Source of the DNA: Chrysomallon squamiferum
Taxonomy: Eukaryota; Animalia; Mollusca
Direction: 5' to 3'
DNA: 64,000 nucleotides
Assembly (NCBI GenBank): GCA_012295275.1
Contig: CM022678.1
Location: 18,042,001 to 18,106,000 of the forward strand
The notes beneath the pieces are model-generated. The model had not been told where the DNA came from. It did not search any database and saw only the letters and a program-made list of their open reading frames with translations. Positions 1-14,182 of the stretch are shown piece by piece. Position 1 is the stretch's first letter. The number at the start of each line of letters is the position of its first letter. Made by a program: the position numbers and the translations under genes.

Positions 1-700
1 CTGAGAACCAAAACAAAAATTTCTGATGAGTTCTGATATAAAATAAAAATTAAAAAGGCTAAACTTATTTAGCATTGTTTAATTAACTACAACAAATCTA
101 TAACATCAATTCATATCAACCTTCTCATAAACAGGAAAGCATATACCACAAACATCAATAAAACAATGACTGGAATGGGAAAAACTGACACATGAGTTTC
201 AACAAAGCAAATTTTCTACTGTTTATACAAGTTTCTAAAAATGTCATTAACCTATGAATAAATTTAATTATATTTTTTGTAATTTTAATCTATTTCTAAT
301 TCTGTTTTCATTTACATCACAAAATTTCATTTACCCTTTGGTGAACAATTTACTTGTTTAATCCTTCGTGGATTACACTGGGTCTAACAAACCAAGCTCA
401 TTTTTTTTTTCTTCTTTAGATTTCTTACTCACAGAATTATGTGGTGATGTTGCAATTTCCTATACCTTAATTACAATAACTTTTATTTTTATTTTCAATT
501 AAATAACCCATATAAAATATTTAAAAAAAAAAATAACAATAAAACCAAAAGCTTTCTATGAGACCCAGTGTAGTTATTCCTTTACAAAAAACCCAGCATG
601 AACTCTAAAAGGTTATAAACCATTGCTATACATAGATACACATATGTAACTGAAATACTGACAAATTTGTTTAGAATGGGAAAAAAACAAGTTCACTCAC

Positions 701-1040
701 GCAGTGGCTGACACCATCAGCTCCTCTGAGTCAACAACAGACAGATGGGTGGTACCCTTGTCCACGCCCGCTTCTAACTCTGGGCCATAATAGGAATAGT
801 GGTGGCTGGAGTTATCTATCTTTGACCTGAGCTCAGTAGCAAAACCTTTGCTAAAAGATTGAAACAATTACTGAGTATATTTTGTATATTTTGTTTTATA
901 AAGAAAAGTTTAAAAAATTGAAACATACAGAGAGAAAAGAGGAAGATGAAGACATAGAAAAAAGACATGTGTGTGTGTGAATAAAAATCATACAGATATA
1001 TATATATATGTGTGTGTGTGTTGTTTTTGTTATTTTCATT

Positions 1041-1102
<62 letters not shown>

Positions 1103-4100
1103 TCTTACAATTGTTATATGCATGTACTTTCATAACAAAGAAAAAAAAAGATAGACACAGACAGAGAAAGAAATAGAGAGATAGAGACTGAAAGAGAAAG
1201 AGAGACAGAGAGGTAAAGAGAAAGAAATACAGACACATACATTTTAAAGTGAGAAAATCAACAACAGACAAAAACAAATAAACAGTGAAAGTACACAAAG
1301 TATACAAGACATATAAACAAAGTTTGTAATCATAATAAATACCTGATCAGATGATTAGAAATGTCAGTTACATTTGGCTTAAAGTCTGGATCTCCTAGCT
1401 GAGACCTCTGTGCATAGGCAAACTTGAAAGTCTGGGAGAAAAAAATAATAAATATATATTAATAAACCTTAGATAATTAACTTATAAAACATGCTTAGTA
1501 ATATATTATATTTTTTGTTTTTTAAATATTAATAAAATACTGAAATAAAGATTAAATGATATGAACATTTTATTATGGAATAATTGTAATAAACAGTTTA
1601 ATTATGACGAATAAAAAACGTCCTTTTGCCGTTTTAATTTAACTATCAAAGAAGATAACTCTTGCCGTCCTATCAGTTTCTGCAGTTATCTCCCTTAATT
1701 AATTTGGACAGCTAAGCATATAACAGAAAATTAACAAGAAAATTAACACGATTTTTTAACACAATGTGAAAATTAGGAAAAGAAAATATTGTTAATAATT
1801 TGCTTTTACTTACCTCAACCATTCTCTGGTGGGTCATTGATTTATCTATCTCCTTTCTTGTCCACTTGTAACCGTCCAGAATGTTCAGCATTAAAAGAAG
1901 TGCTGGACCTGATGATGGGGGGGGCATGGTCGCGATAATACTTTCTAAACAACAAATAGTTTGTTTTTAAATGAATGAAAAACAGGTATTATATTTTTAA
2001 ACAACAAAAAATATTTTTTTAATGAATGGAGAAAGGTATTGCAAAAAAATGTTTTATATTTTACAAATGATAACAGTTTCCAAATAAAAGGTTTTAAATG
2101 AATGGAAAAAAAATTATTATATAAAATGCATTGTATTGTACATATGACAATACTTTTCTAAATAATGAAAAATACAGTGTAACAGTTGTTACTTAAATTT
2201 CTGATATAATTCTTAAATAGCTGTGAAATGCAATAAAAAATAAAAATAAAAATAAACATAAAAAAATTTAAAAAATTAAAAAAGATGATTAAAAAAACAA
2301 GAAGGATTAAAATAATAAATTAACATCTGTAACAGAACTTTTTAAAATAACTTACTAATGCTTAAAATAAATAATTTAACGTATTTTACATTTTTGTTAT
2401 TACTGTTGTGTTATGATTATTATTATTTTGTCTTCATATTTCATTTCAATACTTTATTTAGTAAACAGGGATAAATAAAACTTCTGTTAATCTGTTTCAT
2501 TAACGTTAACAACACAGGAAAAATCAATTCTTCTTAATTTAGTGGATTGGTTCTTTTGTTAAACATTTTTTTTTTTTTTAAATACTAACTTTGAAATTTT
2601 GTTGTCACAACGTCGCGAATTACAACTGTGTAGTCACGGAGATCATCCATTGTGAGAATGCCATTTGCTTTTTTAACCTGCAAATAACAAGTAAACTGTT
2701 CATGTACACATGCGTGTCTCTGCATATTTATCTTCAAGTCACTTGTTTTTTATTTATTTTGTTGCTTACTTAGTTTCCCAAATACAGAAGCATGTGAATA
2801 CCATTAGAATTGAAGAAAATATTTGAAATTCAAATACTCAAGCATCCTGAAAAATCAACTATTTTGGGGATCCCTTCTGGTTTGACTGCACAACTATGTA
2901 TCAATATCTAATTACCTATATGCATTTCCATCTCTATTATTAATAAGATTAATTCTGTTCCTGATGTGATGTTGTCATTATTATTTTATTTTATTAATAA
3001 TTTTCACAAATAGAGAGATACATCAACAGAAATGGAGACAGCTTGCTGTTTTACTGTAAGACTTTATTGTTAGGAAAGGTATGTTATGTGAAAACAAGTT
3101 CTTGTAGTTAATTATAAACATATTTACACTATTTGTTCATTTATGACATTTCTTTGCAAATGATTATTTCCATTTTATTTTCTGTTCTCTCCATTTAAAC
3201 ACTTCACAAATGAACTGGATGTAGTATAATGACATAACATTTATTTGTGTTGGAAACAGAAATAGATCATAGCTATAGAACACAGCAGGACTTCTGAAAG
3301 TGTGAATACAATACATCAGAAATTCTGATACAAATGAACAGGAGGTGGTAAAGATTTCAGAAAAAAAGTATAAAACTTTACTTAAAATAAACAATGAAAA
3401 AAATAAATAATAAAAACATATACAACAGAAACGAATTAATGTACTTCTAAAGCAGTGTAAGTTTGATCTTCACAAATCCAATTTAAGATTGTTAAATAAT
3501 CTGCACAGATTAAGCTTTTCTCTAGCAGCCTGTGTTTCCTCTTGTCTTTTAGATAACATGATAACAGATGATTTTGAGAGTAAACATGAAACAAAAAAAC
3601 AATAAGTTATTGTGAGAGGATCACCTGTACACAGCAACATTGTCACCTGAAAAGGCAACACAGAAAACTAAAACAAAGTGTGCCTAATTAAAAAATATCC
3701 AGTTTAAAAAAAAAAAAAAAAAACATTTAACAGGTTTTCTGAATTTTCAAGATTTCTGTAAGCTGGAGAAGTAACTGAAAAACCTTTACTAATTTTATTA
3801 ACTAAGAATTTCCATTTCAAGAATTGTGTTAATCTTACTCACCACATCGACAACCCCTTTAGCTAAATCTCCATCATAGAAAACTTTTGGTCCATTGTCT
3901 GCGATCAGCTGAAGGGTGACAGCCAGTTCGGGCAAAGTCACCCAGTCACCCTGCTCGACTGGTTTGCCATCTTGTACAAACCACTTCTTCAACAGTTTTG
4001 GAAAATTAGTCACGTTTACTTTTGTTCTCAAAACTCTAGCTGAAATATTTTCATAAAGAAAAAACAGTTTTAGAAATCAGTTATTAAAAAATAAGATAGA

Positions 4101-5490
4101 CAGCATTTATATCTGGGATGTGTATTTATTCATATATGTGTGTGTGTGTGTGTGTTTATATGTATATATGTTTTATATAGGTACACACACACACACATAC
4201 ATAGATATACATATATATATATATGTTGCCAGGAACTACAGCACCATCACACAAAAACTACACAAGTTCAAACTTGATTATACATTTAATTTCTCTGTTT
4301 GATTGTACAATATAATAGACAATACTATAACATTATAAATGATAATATCATAGTTATACTGCAAAGAATTGTCCCAAACATCTTGCCAGCTATTATCTCT
4401 TCTCTCTTGAATTCTCTTTCACAGCATGTATTTGTTTATTTATATATACACACACACAAACAGATATATGTAAATAAATTTGTAAGTGAATAACTGGAAC
4501 ATTTCTTACCCAAATCTTCTGTCACGTTAAAACCATCTCTTGCTAGTTCTATAGAAGGCTCAAGTATAACTTCCCAATGTAACCTACACAAATATAAACA
4601 ACAATAATACTTACTAAATAAATAAATAAATAAACAAGTAAATAAATAAATAAATAAAAAGTAAATAAAACCAAGAAAAAGAAAGAAAAAACGAATTAAA
4701 AAAGAAGTAAAATATTTTAATATAAATCATATTATGCCTCAATATGAGTTACTTCCCTTCATCAAAAAAAACAACAACCAAATACAACATCAAAATAAGA
4801 AGAATTTATAGAGTAATCTTTACAGTATTTAAAATCAGAACAAACAGATAATTTAACAGAATTTTATGTAATAAAAAAATATTCATTTTTTTAAATAATA
4901 ATCTATCTTGTTTTGATTCTTATTATTTAACGGTTTTAAAATTAAAATTCTTTTACTTACCTTCCTCTGTTTTTATGTACGTTCCACAAGCCTTTGAGAA
5001 ATCCTGGAGTAGCCACTGCTTTCCCACTCTGAAAATAAATAAATAAACAATACAGTATAATACAATACAAATTAAAATAAATAAACAAAGAAACATTTAA
5101 ACAGTGTTAGTGTTATTAACTAGATATATCTTTAAAAAATTTAGCACTAAAATAAATTTTAACTTATTTAATTTATTTCACTGAAGTGTGACAATTTATT
5201 TGTAATATTTAGTCATAATTTACTAACTGCTTGGCTTCTTTATACAAAACTCCCATTTTGAAAGAATAAATGTTATCATATACATTGTTTTATTAGCTGA
5301 TTAAGGATTAATGTGATATGCAGCTACAAGAGAAATAATAATTTTTTAAGTTAGCAGCTAAGACTAGATAGGTAACATGGTGCTGCAGCATTGCAAACTG
5401 GGATACAAAATGGCTGTGACTGTGAAAACAAGCAATTAAGCAAAAATAAATAATCTGAATAACACATCTGCTTCTAAATTTTATTATTAT

Positions 5491-5565
<75 letters not shown>

Positions 5566-8500
5566 CCTCTCTACTGTGTATATGTCTCTACCTATCTATC
5601 TTTGTCCCTATCAGTTTCTCACTTTCTCGTTCACTAACTCATCGTCATTTTATGTCTGAAATTCCCAAACGTTCTGTTTGTGTGTGTGTGAATATTACCT
5701 GTGCATACAGAAGAACAGACACATGTGATAGTTACTAAGAAATGCTGCTTACATAGTAAAGAGATGTTTTGTCTGTAAACATGTTGGATGTTGATGCAGC
5801 TGGTGCTGTCTCACGGAAATCATAAGCATTAGACGTCTGAATTTTGTGATCATGGACAAGCATAAAACCTCCACTGCAAATAAATAAGTAAATAAAAATT
5901 AAAATTAAAATTAAAATAAATATTTAATAATTTGAAAACTGACAGCTATTGTAACAATACAATAAATATTACTTACTAAATATTAATAAATATAAAATAG
6001 ATATTATTAGTCAAATGTAAAACCAAACGGTTTATAAAATGTCAAGCACAAATTGCTTGTCAAATGTAAAATAATAAATAATCCTTATTAACTGTAAAAT
6101 AATTATTTCTATTTAAAATAAATATTTTTGTTAAATTTAAACAAATGTTTACTAAATGTAAAATAAACTTTACATGTAAAACAAATCCTGTTTATGAAAT
6201 GCAAAATAAATAAATCTTGCTAAACGAGTAAGTATTACTTTATCAAGTTATTAAATTTAAAACACACACACATGCAAACACTAACGCCTACACAGACACA
6301 CATACATATTATTATCAAATGGAAAAAAAATACTGGAATGGGAAAAAAACTAAAAGAGACGAATAAAAATGACCCATTTAAAGATCTGGTCAGAATCTCT
6401 GGTAAGTAAAACGTTTCTGAAGACGTAACAACAGTCGAACGTAACAACAGTCAAATGTAACAACAGTCAAACGTAACAACAGTCAAACGTAACAACAGTT
6501 GGATGTACCACGGAAAGACAAAACATGGCAAAACATTGCAGCTACTGCAGCATCAACAGCGTTCCCACCTTTCTTCAGAGAATCGAGGGCCGAAGCTCGG
6601 AACAAACAGGAACATCTGTGGCAACAGCTCCTGTGGAACCTATCTGAGAAAGTAAAATTTTAAAATTTTAAATATAAATTATAATTTTAATTTTTTTTAA
6701 TAAAAATAAGACTAATTTAAAAAATAGAAATAATATTAATTTAATTAAAAAAATAAATGTAATATTAATTTAGTAAATAATTAAAATATTAATTTAATTA
6801 AATAAATAAAAATCTGATTAATTTAATAAATAACAAACAATGATAATAATTTGATTTAAAAAATACAAATAAATTAATTTAATTAAAAATTTAAATTAAA
6901 AATTAACTAAATATCATATTAATTTAATAAAATAAATATTTAGAACTGAGACTTCTTAAAAAGTACACTGGTTTAACAAATATGCATGCACACATTCATG
7001 TCACTGGACCGTAACTTCAGTATTTCTGATAATAAAGCAAAATTAACAACTGTAAAAATAAAGTAGACCTCAAGTAATGTTTTAAAGTTAAAAGAAAATA
7101 ATAATGAATGAATAAATAAATGATAAAAAATAATTTTGATGATTTACAAAAATCTGTATACAAGACATATAAACTTCAAAAACTGCTAAAAAAAGACAAC
7201 GAAGACATTAAAAAACTGAAAAAAAATGTCCTATGAATTAACTAGTCACCAATATGTCAATCAAATTAAAATTACAAAATTTGACTGTATCATTTAAAAA
7301 ACAACAATAAACAATTAAAATTTTGAAATTTGAAAGTGAAATTTAAATTACCTGAGGTGGAAGGAGGTAAATAGTTAAAATGAGAGGAACGGTGATGCAG
7401 ACAGCAAACACAACATTCAGTATGATGATGATTCGTAGACTGAATGATTTTGTTCCCAAACTGAAAAACAAAACAAATGATGATGATGATGATTAATAAT
7501 AAACATATAAATTATAATTCCATTTGTCATTTATTATTCATTTTATTTCTTTTTGGCAGGGGTGTTACTAAATGTACTTCTCATCATATAATCAAAAATT
7601 CAAAACACACAATTACTAACATACAGTGTGTCTATACAGATGTCTACAAATGGTTATTATAATTCCACTTACAAAATGCTGGTATATTATACCAGTCACA
7701 CAAATGGTTTTTTTAAATATACTCTGTATATTTCTGTTTTCTAAGCTAATAATGAAACATGGCTACTCAGCAATACAAATCAGCGAGAGATATTTTCAAA
7801 AATGACAGAATGAATAATCAGGTCCTCTCTGTCAATGATTTACTCATTTCAGCTTGTTTTGTCCATGGGTACAAATCTCAAACAAACTTAACAAGTGATG
7901 AAACGAAAAGTTCGAAATTACAGCCATTTAGAATTAAAACTGTTTTGCTCATAACGACATAGGTATATATTTGGTTTTGTGATTCACTGTAAAAATACAG
8001 CCACACAAGGACATAATGACTAACATGTTAATGTCTATAATAGTAAGATTACTCACAGTTTTTGTTTGCTGGTTGATGATTTGTTTGGTACATGCAGGGG
8101 AGACGATTCAGCTCTGACTGTAGACTCGCTGTCAGACGACACTGATTTGGACATTTTTTTCTTCTTTTCTTCTTCTATCAGCTGAATCTGGTCACCTGTG
8201 AGATATATATATATTTGTACAGAATAACAGGTTATTGTTTTTTTATCAGCTCCAACCTGTGAAAGGTCAGAATGCTGAATGCAGCATGGCTCTGCTGAGC
8301 CGCATTTGCTATTTAACCTCAGTAGGATAAAGCTAATATCTTAGAACAGGAATCAGTTATTTATTTTATCCAGTCTCAAATAATTAAAAAATTAAATTAA
8401 ATTAAATGGGTTGTTGTTGTTGTTGTTGTTGTTTGTTTGGTCTTTTTTGTTGTTGTTTTTTTTTTGTTTTTTTTTTGTTTCAGTGGATCATTCTTGAGAA

Positions 8501-8889
8501 TAGCAAAAAGTTAATTTCTTTTCTGCCAAAAAACAAAACACTTACTGACTCTATAATTAATAATTATACCAAAACCGGTTTTGAGAACATGATGAACATT
8601 CCTGAGGCTAAGTATACCTGGTAAACCACTTTCTAAAAATATTTTTCCACTAATAAAAGTGAATAAAAAAGCATATATTAAAATCACACCAGACCAATTT
8701 TTGTTAAATTGCCTAATGACAAATATTTGTCGAACTTTGATAAAATATAATCGTAATCATGATAGTGATAATGATCATAATCAATAAAACTTTAGTCATC
8801 GTGAAATGTAAATATTTAGTTTACTACATAAAGTTTATTGCTAAACAATAATTTTTACCTTGACCTTGTACATCTGTCGAACCATCCAT
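701..8889 (-). CDS. GGT7: Gamma-glutamyltransferase (glutathione hydrolase), GGT7-like, multi-exon; 3' end lies beyond the left edge; exon 4 disrupted in this sequence
   Basis: Hand-spliced GT-AG exons, phase-consistent except exon 4: 8889-8859 (MDGSTDVQGQ), 8195-8057, 7460-7352 (TM anchor LRIIIILNVVFAVCITVPLILTIYL), 6643-~6500 ([31 protein letters not shown], broken), 5873-5753 (GGFMLVHD..YDFRETAP), 5028-4961 (AVATPGFLKGLW), 4583-4510 (LHWEVILEPSIELARDGF), 4039-3843, 2677-2590, 1944-1814 (MPPPSSGPALLLMLNIL), 1431-1343 (FKFAYAQRSQLGDP), 850-701 (DKG-TTHLSVVD with the autocleavage/catalytic Thr). The first bases of the window read as the next acceptor (ttggttctcag). A long cytosolic N-terminus with an SPL motif before the TM helix favours the GGT7 subfamily (from recalled human sequence). 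Confidence 0.9.
6423..6499. repeat. 16-bp minisatellite (acgtaacaacagtcaa) x ~5
   Basis: Five tandem copies read directly; they abut the broken end of GGT exon 4. Confidence 0.9.
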
Positions 8890-9407
8890 TATGTTTGTAT
8901 TTAATCTTCCAACTCAGTCAAAAATTAAAACATGCTGAATGCAAAACACAACGGAGAAAATGTTATTTAAAAACACGAAAATGTCCAAGCTGGCACCTCG
9001 AATCATCAACCAAATTATGCTATGTGATACGCATCCTAAATTAGAAACAACACAGACCATACGAACGCATACCAGTGTAAATAGTTCTCTCTGGAATTCT
9101 CTCCCTTGGGTAATAAACCTTTTACTGGAATTACAACTGATTTTGCAATAAATGTTTTTATTTGTTTGTTCGTCATATTGTTTCTCACAAATTTTGTTTT
9201 AAGTAGTTATTTTTAGTTAAATATGTATAGAAAAACAGAACAATTATATTAAAAATAAATTTAATTTTAAACCTTTTCAATCATAACAGAAAATAAAGTT
9301 CGAAGGACCTCCGCTGATGGTAAATATGCAATCTCTCTCTCTCTCCACACATACACACAAACACACACACACGCACGCACGCACACACTCACACACTCAT
9401 ATATATA

Positions 9408-9524
9408 TATATGAGAAAGAAAAAGGGAGCTTAATAAGCAATATTATCATGGGAAATATATAAACAGCGATCGATTAATTTGTAATGTGTGTGTATGTAT
9501 TTTTATGGTCATATATATATATAT

Positions 9525-9559
<35 letters not shown>

Positions 9560-9726
9560 TAACATCAATTATATATGTATTTAGGAATTAATTTTCTGCT
9601 GTCTTATGTAGATCACGTTAATCTGCCTACAGACAAAATTCGTGAACGTACTGACACATGAGGACTATGTTATGTTGTGAGGTTGTCATTGAAATCATAC
9701 ATGGCACCCATTTGTCTATCTAATTT

Positions 9727-9773
<47 letters not shown>

Positions 9774-9962
9774 ATAGTCCCGATAAACGTCATCAAATTA
9801 CGAACAATGTATAGATAGAATTAATTAAGTTTTATATATATATATATATATGACGTTTATAGGGACTATAAAAATATATACACACATTACAAATTAATCG
9901 ATCGCTATTTATATATTTCCCATGATAATATTGCTTATTAAACTATCTTTTTCTTTCTCATA

Positions 9963-9964
<2 letters not shown>
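9408..9964. mobile_element. Fold-back/MITE-like element with ~100-bp terminal inverted repeats
   Basis: 9408-9510 (tgagaaagaaaaag..ttaataagcaatattatcatgggaaatatataaa.agcgatcgattaatttgtaatgtgtg) is the near-perfect reverse complement of 9864-9964. No coding capacity. No target-site duplication is resolvable in the flanking microsatellites. Confidence 0.65.
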
Positions 9965-10003
<39 letters not shown>

Positions 10004-10022
10004 TTAAAATAACATAAAAAAC

Positions 10023-10181
10023 AAAGGTTGGTGTCTCATATATCTAAATCAAAATATAAATCAGAAACCATAACAACTTTTTAATAGGTTTTGAGAATTT
10101 GACCAAACATTTTGCAGTTAAAAAGTAGTTATGATTTCTGATTTATATTTTGATTTAGATACATATGAGACACAAAACTTT
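10023..10181. repeat. Long hairpin / inverted repeat (~62-bp arms, 33-nt loop)
   Basis: 10023-10084 (gtgtctcata.atctaaatcaaaatataaatcagaaa.cataac.actttttaa) pairs with 10118-10181 with few mismatches. Confidence 0.85.
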
Positions 10182-10486
10182 TTTTTTATTTATTTATTTA
10201 TTTATTTTTTTTTTTTTTGCTTAGGGCTTCTAAAGGTCTTAATCCGGCCCTGCGTGTAGGTAGGCATGTATTTATTAAATATGTGCTTATGTGTAGGAAG
10301 TAAATATGTATGTATGATTGTATGTATGTATGTGTGTATGCACGTACTACGTATGTGTTTGTGGGCGCGTACATGCTATAAGGAAGACATTGTATTTTAT
10401 TTTCGTGACAATCAATGAATCAGATACGGGAAGAGGAAGGTAGGAAGTGTAGAACGTTATCTGAACGTTACACTTCAATACAACAC

Positions 10487-10580
<94 letters not shown>

Positions 10581-12342
10581 CTGTCTGTCTGTCTCTCTCT
10601 CTCTCTCTCGTTCTCTCTCTCTCTTATAGACACATATATGCGCACACACAAATACACACACAAATACTACTGCACTTAAGGGCGCTCAAATGTACAATTC
10701 ATTTATTTATTCATTCATTCATTCATTCATTTATTTATATAGGTATACATTAATCTGTCTTAGGTTGTGGATAAACGTAATATCTCACTGATCCAACACA
10801 CACACACACATACACAGTATATACAAACATGCATACATACATATATCCACACATATAGCAAACCATACGTACAAACATACCTTATTACATACATAAAGAC
10901 ATACCACGAATACGTAAAGACATACGTATGCACGTACATGCATACCATTCATACACATATAATTTGCAAGTAAGGGGGGAAAGGTGAAAGTCAGTGACGC
11001 AAACTAAAGCTATGTCTTTGTTGAACTTATGAATATGTACATACGTTACACCCTGTAACAATCTCTGGAGAAAAACTAGGTCACGACCTCATATCGGTGA
11101 CGTCACGCGATGCCTCGAATTCATGCCTGACGTTTGTAGATAAACCTATATTTCAACCTCACGTTGAACGAGTTTTAATAAACCATCTATGTGTAATATT
11201 TGCTCTGAATACTTTATTTTTTTTAAATTTATTTTTAATAAAAGTCTTCTGTTTAATAACTTTTAATAATCTTTAACAAAATACTACTAATAAATAAACA
11301 TCTTTAGTTTTTCTTTCTTTTGATAAACATAGTTTAAATATCTTTTAATAAACTTCTTATAATACATATATTTGTATTAATTAATATATGTTATTATTAT
11401 TAATGATGTTGTTTTTCTTTTGTTGTTATTGTTATTATTTATTTTTTATTTACTTACTCCTTTATTTTTAAAATTATTATGATAAAAAATGTAATTAAAG
11501 ATTATTAAAAAAGAAATCTAATTAAAGCTGATTAATAACAAAATATATTAAAACTTAATAAAGAAAACAGTTTTATTAAAATATAGGTGTGTGTGTATGT
11601 ATATGTGTGTGTGTGTGTGTGTGTATATTAATAAAATGTTTTTATTTTTTTATTTATCAACTTTATATAAATTTCTTTTTTTATATATAACCTTTATTAT
11701 GGATAATTTTCATTATGGGTAATTTTTTAAAGAAAAATAAGAGCATAAATAAATGAATATATAAATAAATAAATAATAACAATAACAACATATAATAAAA
11801 TAATAATAATTTCTTTACAACTCAACATATATACAATATTATATAAACCAGTTAGTATCAGACAGTCGCGGAATTGTATAATTTTAGTTATCAGTCTGAC
11901 GAAATTATTATATTTTATTACACCAAACTTCAGTCTAACCTTTAACCTTTGACCTTATCTTCCTCGTGTTAGCCAGTGACAAGGTGTTGCGTGTACTTTC
12001 TGACCTAGCAAAAGATATATAGAGAACAAAGTGCTTTACATTACTCAGAGTTATTTCCCTAGAATGACAACATGGTTAGTTTTAAAACGTGTGTCTGAAA
12101 AAAGAAAGCAGTCTGAAAATGATTACTGAGTGAGACCCGTTGTACGAGTCTGTTACTATTTATAGACCAATATTATTAGGGATATCCCTTCTGAAATCTC
12201 GCGAGAGAGGAAATCCTGTAACAAAGGTATTTTATGTATATTTCTTTATTTCTTTATATATTTTAAATTATGTTCTAAAAATGTACTCATTCATACTATT
12301 TATTATTATTAGAAAATTTCTTTTATTTAAATAAATAAATAA

Positions 12343-12419
<77 letters not shown>

Positions 12420-12854
12420 AATTACATAATTTATATAAAATTATATTCTCGAAAGTATGTACATATTTCTGTGATTTGAAATTATAGCTTATTTTCATAT
12501 ATGTGATGAACTTAAAAGCTGATATATAAACAAATAAAGAATAAACAAACAAACAAGTAAATAAATAAATAAATATCTGAGAAAGAAGGGGAAAAGAAGG
12601 TAAAAAGTAAATGCAAAAGTAGTAGAAAGAATGGTTTAAAATAAGGGAAAATTAAAGGAGAGTAAGATAGAAAGAAAAGTAAGAGAGAAAAGAATAAAAG
12701 AAAAAGAGGATCAGATATAAGAAAGAAAAAGAAAAAGATAAAGCAAACTAAAAAACTAATAAATAAATAATGAAATAAATAATGAAATAAAATGAAATAA
12801 ATAAATAAATAATAGATTTCATTTTTATTTAGTTTTCTTTTATCATCATCATCA

Positions 12855-12898
<44 letters not shown>

Positions 12899-13099
12899 TT
12901 CGATCATTTCAAATACCTACAGTCTTTCAACAGTAGGCTAAACGATAATTATTAAAGATATTAAATTTAGAAAATAGTATTAAAATGTAATTCAGATGAA
13001 AAAGAAAGAAAAACCAGAACAACAACAAAATAATCAACAAAAAAAAAAAACCCCAAACGGCTGGTGTTTTTTGTACGTACATTATACGTATGTTTATTC

Positions 13100-13180
13100 T
13101 ATGACGTCGGAGCACGAGACGTGATGTTTATCTCCGTGACGTCAGTCCATTGACTACGTCTGTTGTTTTGATTGGCCAGT
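13100..13180 (+). promoter_or_regulatory. Putative promoter/enhancer: CRE plus CCAAT box
   Basis: TGACGTCG 13102-13109, TGACGTCA 13137-13144 and ATTGG 13171-13175 in a CpG-containing island, upstream of an ATG...donor segment at 13290-13353. Confidence 0.45.
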
Positions 13181-13694
13181 AACCTTTATTCATTGTTATT
13201 AATGTTAACCTTGTAAATAAAAGACATTGTTATTAATTTTATTATTTTAATTATTTATCTTTGTTTTGTTTAATGTCAAAGTTTTAAAGATGGGGGAAAA
13301 CAAAAAAAAAAAGAAGAAAAAATTCATCTTTAAGCGTCACTCTCGCTTGAAAGGTAAACATTGCTTGGTCATGCTTGAGTGATCAGGCTAAATTCATTCA
13401 CATACAGACTGGTGTTATCTGTGTCAGATTTCTAGCTCTAATATACCTGACATTTATTTCATTTTATATTTGTTTAGATATACTCCTCCTCCTCCTACTA
13501 CTACTATTACAATTACCCTACTACTACTACTACTACGACTGCTTCTACTAATAATAATTGTAGTAGTCGTAGTAGTAGTAGTTCCAGTAGTACTCATAAT
13601 ATTGCTTTACAATTACTACTGTTATTACTTTATTAATATTACTACTACCACTACTATTACAACAAAACAACAACAACTAACAATATTATAAATA

Positions 13695-13742
<48 letters not shown>

Positions 13743-13991
13743 GTTATTATTATCAGCATCATCATCGTCATCGACATCATCACCACCATCATCATCATGT
13801 AATAATGGACGAAAATCTTCTGACTCTTGACAAATTTGTTAGCTTTAATGGACCAGTAATCTGATCAAATTTTTTCTTTTTTTTTTTTTTGCAAATGAAA
13901 TAAAATTTTATCATATCTTAAAACAACAGGCAGAAGTAAAATTTAAAACAGGAACAGAATGAAATTAGAAAAATGTACTAAAATGACAATA

Positions 13992-14182
13992 TTACAAGAT
14001 ACCGAAATATACATGTATGGTTTTATATATATATTATAAGATACCGAAATATACATGTATGATTTTATATATATATATATATATATTACAAGATACCGAA
14101 ATATACATGTATGGTTATATATATATATATATATTATAAGATACCGAAATATACATGTATGGTTTTATATATATATATATAT
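13992..14182. repeat. Compound minisatellite, 4 copies of aagataccgaaatatacatgtatgg + (TA)n
   Basis: Four copies read directly, with variable TA tails. Confidence 0.9.
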
